The position numbers and the translations under genes were made by a program. Below the pieces are notes generated by a model. The model was not told the DNA's origin and ran no database searches. It was given only the letters and a program-made list of their open reading frames with translations. Positions 26,483 to 28,598 of a stretch of DNA of 28,598 nt are shown piece by piece (position 1 is the stretch's first letter; every line of letters begins with the position of its first letter). This stretch comes from a virus (lineage: Duplodnaviria > Caudoviricetes), in the IMG/VR virus record IMGVR_UViG_3300042519_001142, positions 1 through 28,598 of that record, one strand, 5' to 3'.

Positions 26483-26559
26483 GCGACCGTAACTCAGTGG
26501 ATTAGAGTACCTGTCTACGAAATAGGGAGTCGGAGGTTCAAGTCCTTCCGGTCGCACCA
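26483..26559 (+). tRNA. tRNA-Arg(ACG)
   Basis: Cloverleaf with anticodon arm CCTGT-CT ACG AA-ATAGG and encoded CCA. Confidence 0.95.
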
Positions 26560-26566
26560 AACATAC

Positions 26567-26642
26567 GGGACCATAGCTCAGTCGGTAGAGCAGCGGACTT
26601 TTAATCCGTTGGTCGGGCGTTCGAACCGCCCTGGTCCCACCA
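26567..26642 (+). tRNA. tRNA-Lys(TTT)
   Basis: GCGGA-CT TTT AA-TCCGT; acceptor GGGACCA/TGGTCCC; CCA. Confidence 0.95.
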
Positions 26643-26649
26643 TATATAT

Positions 26650-26739
26650 GGAAACGTGGTCGAGTCTGGTTTATGGCTACAGTCTTGAAAACTGTCGATC
26701 CGAAAGGGTCCGTGAGTTCGAATCTCACCGTTTCTACCA
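26650..26739 (+). tRNA. tRNA-Ser(TGA)
   Basis: ACAGT-CT TGA AA-ACTGT; long variable arm GATCC-GAAA-GGGTC; CCA. Confidence 0.93.
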
Positions 26740-26740
26740 T

Positions 26741-26817
26741 GGTGCTTGTCGTCAAGCGGTTAAGACCTCGGATTGTGATTCCGATATACGTGGGTTCGAA
26801 TCCCATCAAGCACCCCA
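26741..26817 (+). tRNA. tRNA-His(GTG)
   Basis: TCGGA-TT GTG AT-TCCGA; encoded G-1:C73 pair; CCA. Confidence 0.95.
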
Positions 26818-26818
26818 T

Positions 26819-26893
26819 GGATGTATAGCACAGCGGTAGTGCATCTCCTTCATACGGAGCAGGTCAGTAGTTCAAATCTACTTACATCCACCA
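26819..26893 (+). tRNA. tRNA-Met(CAT), elongator-type (Ile2 not excluded)
   Basis: CTCC-TT CAT AC-GGAG; G1:C72 paired and no triple G-C, so not an initiator; CCA. Confidence 0.88.
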
Positions 26894-26898
26894 GTTTC

Positions 26899-26975
26899 AG
26901 CTTCATAGCTCAGTTGGTTAGAGCACCGTCTTGATAAGGCGGGGGTCCTGTGTTCGAGTCACAGTGAAGCTACCA
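26899..26975 (+). tRNA. tRNA-Ile(GAT)
   Basis: CCGTC-TT GAT AA-GGCGG; CCA. Confidence 0.95.
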
Positions 26976-26993
26976 AATTTTAAGGAGACAGCA

Positions 26994-27083
26994 ATGAATT
27001 GGAATCAATCAGTAGAAAAACATAAACAAGAAATTGAAGCATGGACACATTTATGTAATGTGTACAAGGAGTCTCTTTATTAA
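26994..27083 (+). CDS. Small ORF (29 aa) within tRNA array
   Basis: TAAGGAG SD. MNWNQSVEKHKQEIEAWTHLCNVYKESLY. Confidence 0.55.
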   Translation: MNWNQSVEKHKQEIEAWTHLCNVYKESLY

Positions 27084-27092
27084 AGATAAAAT

Positions 27093-27170
27093 ACCCCCTT
27101 CGCCAAGTTGGTCTAAGGCATCGGATTTTGATTCCGACATTCTGAGGTTCGAATCCTTGAGGGGGTGCCA
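27093..27170 (+). tRNA. tRNA-Gln(TTG)
   Basis: TCGGA-TT TTG AT-TCCGA; acceptor ACCCCCT/AGGGGGT; GCCA end. Confidence 0.93.
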
Positions 27171-27175
27171 GTTAC

Positions 27176-27322
27176 GGGATAGACGATAGGTTCGAGTCCC
27201 TGTCAATCTAGTCATGGTGGGGTTAACTGTGATGACACTATAGTATGATTGATGGGTGTATAAACTTGCCTATACGAGACAATCTAGCGAGGCTTACTAA
27301 CAATAAGATAGCTAGGCTCCCT
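27176..27322 (+). ncRNA. Putative ~145-nt structured RNA in tRNA array
   Basis: GGGA...TCCC closing ends, a T-loop-like hairpin GATAGG-TTCGAGTC-CCTGTC and three further hairpins. Confidence 0.55.
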
Positions 27323-27330
27323 CTTTTATA

Positions 27331-27405
27331 GGGTCCTTAGTTCAATGGATAGAATACGATGCTTCGAACTTCGGGATGCGGGTTCAATTCCTGCAGGACC
27401 CTCCA
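27331..27405 (+). tRNA. tRNA-Arg(TCG)
   Basis: CGATG-CT TCG AA-CTTCG (one U-U mismatch); acceptor GGGTCCT/AGGACCC; CCA. Confidence 0.92.
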
Positions 27406-27452
27406 ACAATGATTAAATACAAGTAGTGATAATAGCAGAAAAGGAGTACCAC

Positions 27453-28013
27453 ATGGCTGTTCTAGCACTAGATATCTCGGGAGTTCCCCGGCAATGGATT
27501 TCATATGATGACGCAATTACTTACCAAGCAAAAAATGCCATTGCATGGTCAATGGGTAAAATTGTAGCTAGATATCGAGGTGGTGTACAGAATGATGGTA
27601 CTGAAAGTTACTTAGAAACAAACAGTATTATTGCTATCAAAGGTCATGGATTCAATCCATATAAACACTCATGTGTGGCACTAACTAATAAAACATTGTT
27701 TGGTCGTGATAGACATGTATGTGCTTATTGCGGAGAACATTTTCCAAACTATCATCTATTAAGTCGTGACCACATTGTCCCTAGAAGTAAGGGCGGTGAA
27801 AACACTTGGATGAATGTTGTTACAGCATGTAAAGATTGTAACAGCCGTAAAGGTCATAAGAGTTTGAAAGAAGTTCGTATGGAATTAATATATTCCCCTT
27901 ACGTACCTTCACATTATGAAAATATGATATTACAACATAGAACTATTTTAGCTGACCAAATGGAATATTTGTTAGCAGGAGTACCCAAACATTCTAGGAT
28001 TTGGCAGAATTAG
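27453..28013 (+). CDS. HNH endonuclease (McrA/HNH_5-like)
   Basis: RDRHVCAYCG...SRDHIVPRSKGGENTWMNVVTACKDCNSRKG. ATG 27453 with AAGGAG SD. Confidence 0.92.
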   Translation: MAVLALDISGVPRQWISYDDAITYQAKNAIAWSMGKIVARYRGGVQNDGTESYLETNSIIAIKGHGFNPYKHSCVALTNKTLFGRDRHVCAYCGEHFPNYHLLSRDHIVPRSKGGENTWMNVVTACKDCNSRKGHKSLKEVRMELIYSPYVPSHYENMILQHRTILADQMEYLLAGVPKHSRIWQN

Positions 28014-28048
28014 ATTTACAATTCCAATCACCTTGAGAACATAACTTA

Positions 28049-28088
28049 TTGACAAAAAAGTTTAGATATGATATACTCTCTATAAATA
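28049..28088 (+). promoter_or_regulatory. Tandem sigma70 promoter plus T4-like late promoter
   Basis: TTGACA(28049)-17 nt-TATACT(28072) with extended TG, then TATAAATA at 28081-28088. Confidence 0.8.
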
Positions 28089-28094
28089 AAAGTC

Positions 28095-28170
28095 GCCCAC
28101 ATAGCTCATTTGGTAGAGCAACGCACTTGTAATGCGTAGGCGCCGTGTTCGAATCATGGTGTGGGCACCA
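28095..28170 (+). tRNA. tRNA-Thr(TGT)
   Basis: ACGCA-CT TGT AA-TGCGT; CCA. Confidence 0.95.
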
Positions 28171-28177
28171 AAATTAT

Positions 28178-28253
28178 TCTCCTATAGCTCAGTCGGTAGA
28201 GCGTTTGACTGTTAATCAAAATGTCCGTGGTTCGAGCCCACGTAGGGGAGCCA
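28178..28253 (+). tRNA. tRNA-Asn(GTT)
   Basis: TTTGA-CT GTT AA-TCAAA; GCCA end. Confidence 0.95.
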
Positions 28254-28258
28254 AATTT

Positions 28259-28598
28259 ATGCATAAAATAAAAATATTCAGTCATATCATTGATACACCA
28301 GATAGTTTGATGATTTTTAATCATCAATTTTCTTTGCTTAAAGAAACTGGTTTGTTAGAATTAGCAGATAAAATATATCTATGTGTTAATGGTAAGCTGG
28401 CTATATTTAATACAATACAAGAACTAGCAAATCAATATCATAATGTAGAAATGATACATACTAGTAATAGTATTGAACACTATGAATATCCTACATTAAA
28501 ATTTCTTAAAGAAACTATTGATAATGATAGTGATTCTTATATTTTGTATTTTCATGTTAAAGGTGCTAGCAAAAATAACGTTAAACCAATACACGACT
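28259..28598 (+). CDS. Hypothetical protein, possibly glycosyltransferase-like; 3'-truncated by window edge
   Basis: Open from ATG 28259 to the end: MHKIKIFSHIID...YEYPTLKFL...YILYFHVKGAS. Confidence 0.55.
   Translation, partial: MHKIKIFSHIIDTPDSLMIFNHQFSLLKETGLLELADKIYLCVNGKLAIFNTIQELANQYHNVEMIHTSNSIEHYEYPTLKFLKETIDNDSDSYILYFHVKGASKNNVKPIHD

Noticed and set aside
26650-26739. tRNA with TGA as an opal suppressor or sign of recoding
   Set aside because: TGA is the anticodon (it reads UCA Ser). Known genes translate full-length in the standard code.
25807-26839. Track ORFs 25807-26013(-), 26231-26437(-), 26465-26818(-) and 26609-26839(+)
   Set aside because: They overlap the leader/attenuator, structured RNA or tRNA genes and have no protein-like motifs.

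Overview
AT-rich, gene-dense segment of a large tailed dsDNA phage, probably T4-like or jumbo myovirus-type given the PAAR gene, class Ia RNR, Seg-like endonuclease, TATAAATA-type promoters and CCA-encoded tRNAs. The host is unknown. Left to right: two Kelch-like beta-propeller paralogs, an APS-kinase/nucleotidyltransferase fusion, a GIY-YIG endonuclease, nrdA-nrdB-glutaredoxin, PAAR and two probable virion proteins, and a SleB-type hydrolase. Next comes an Fe module with a frameshifted iscU, rubrerythrin and rubredoxin. An ~11.5 kb cluster of tailoring enzymes follows: 4 GNAT-like, 6 non-haem Fe/2OG-type oxygenases, a desaturase, 2 radical SAM enzymes and a PLP enzyme. The window ends in an array of 10 tRNAs with an HNH gene and two unexplained structured RNAs. 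The most striking element is upstream of the tRNA array. A 45-codon leader ORF, absent from the ORF track, contains all 20 amino acids and 37 different codons. Its stop codon lies in an antiterminator that is mutually exclusive with a Rho-independent terminator. It is a candidate general tRNA-shortage-sensing attenuator controlling phage tRNA expression. Family calls come from motif recognition by eye; no searches were run.
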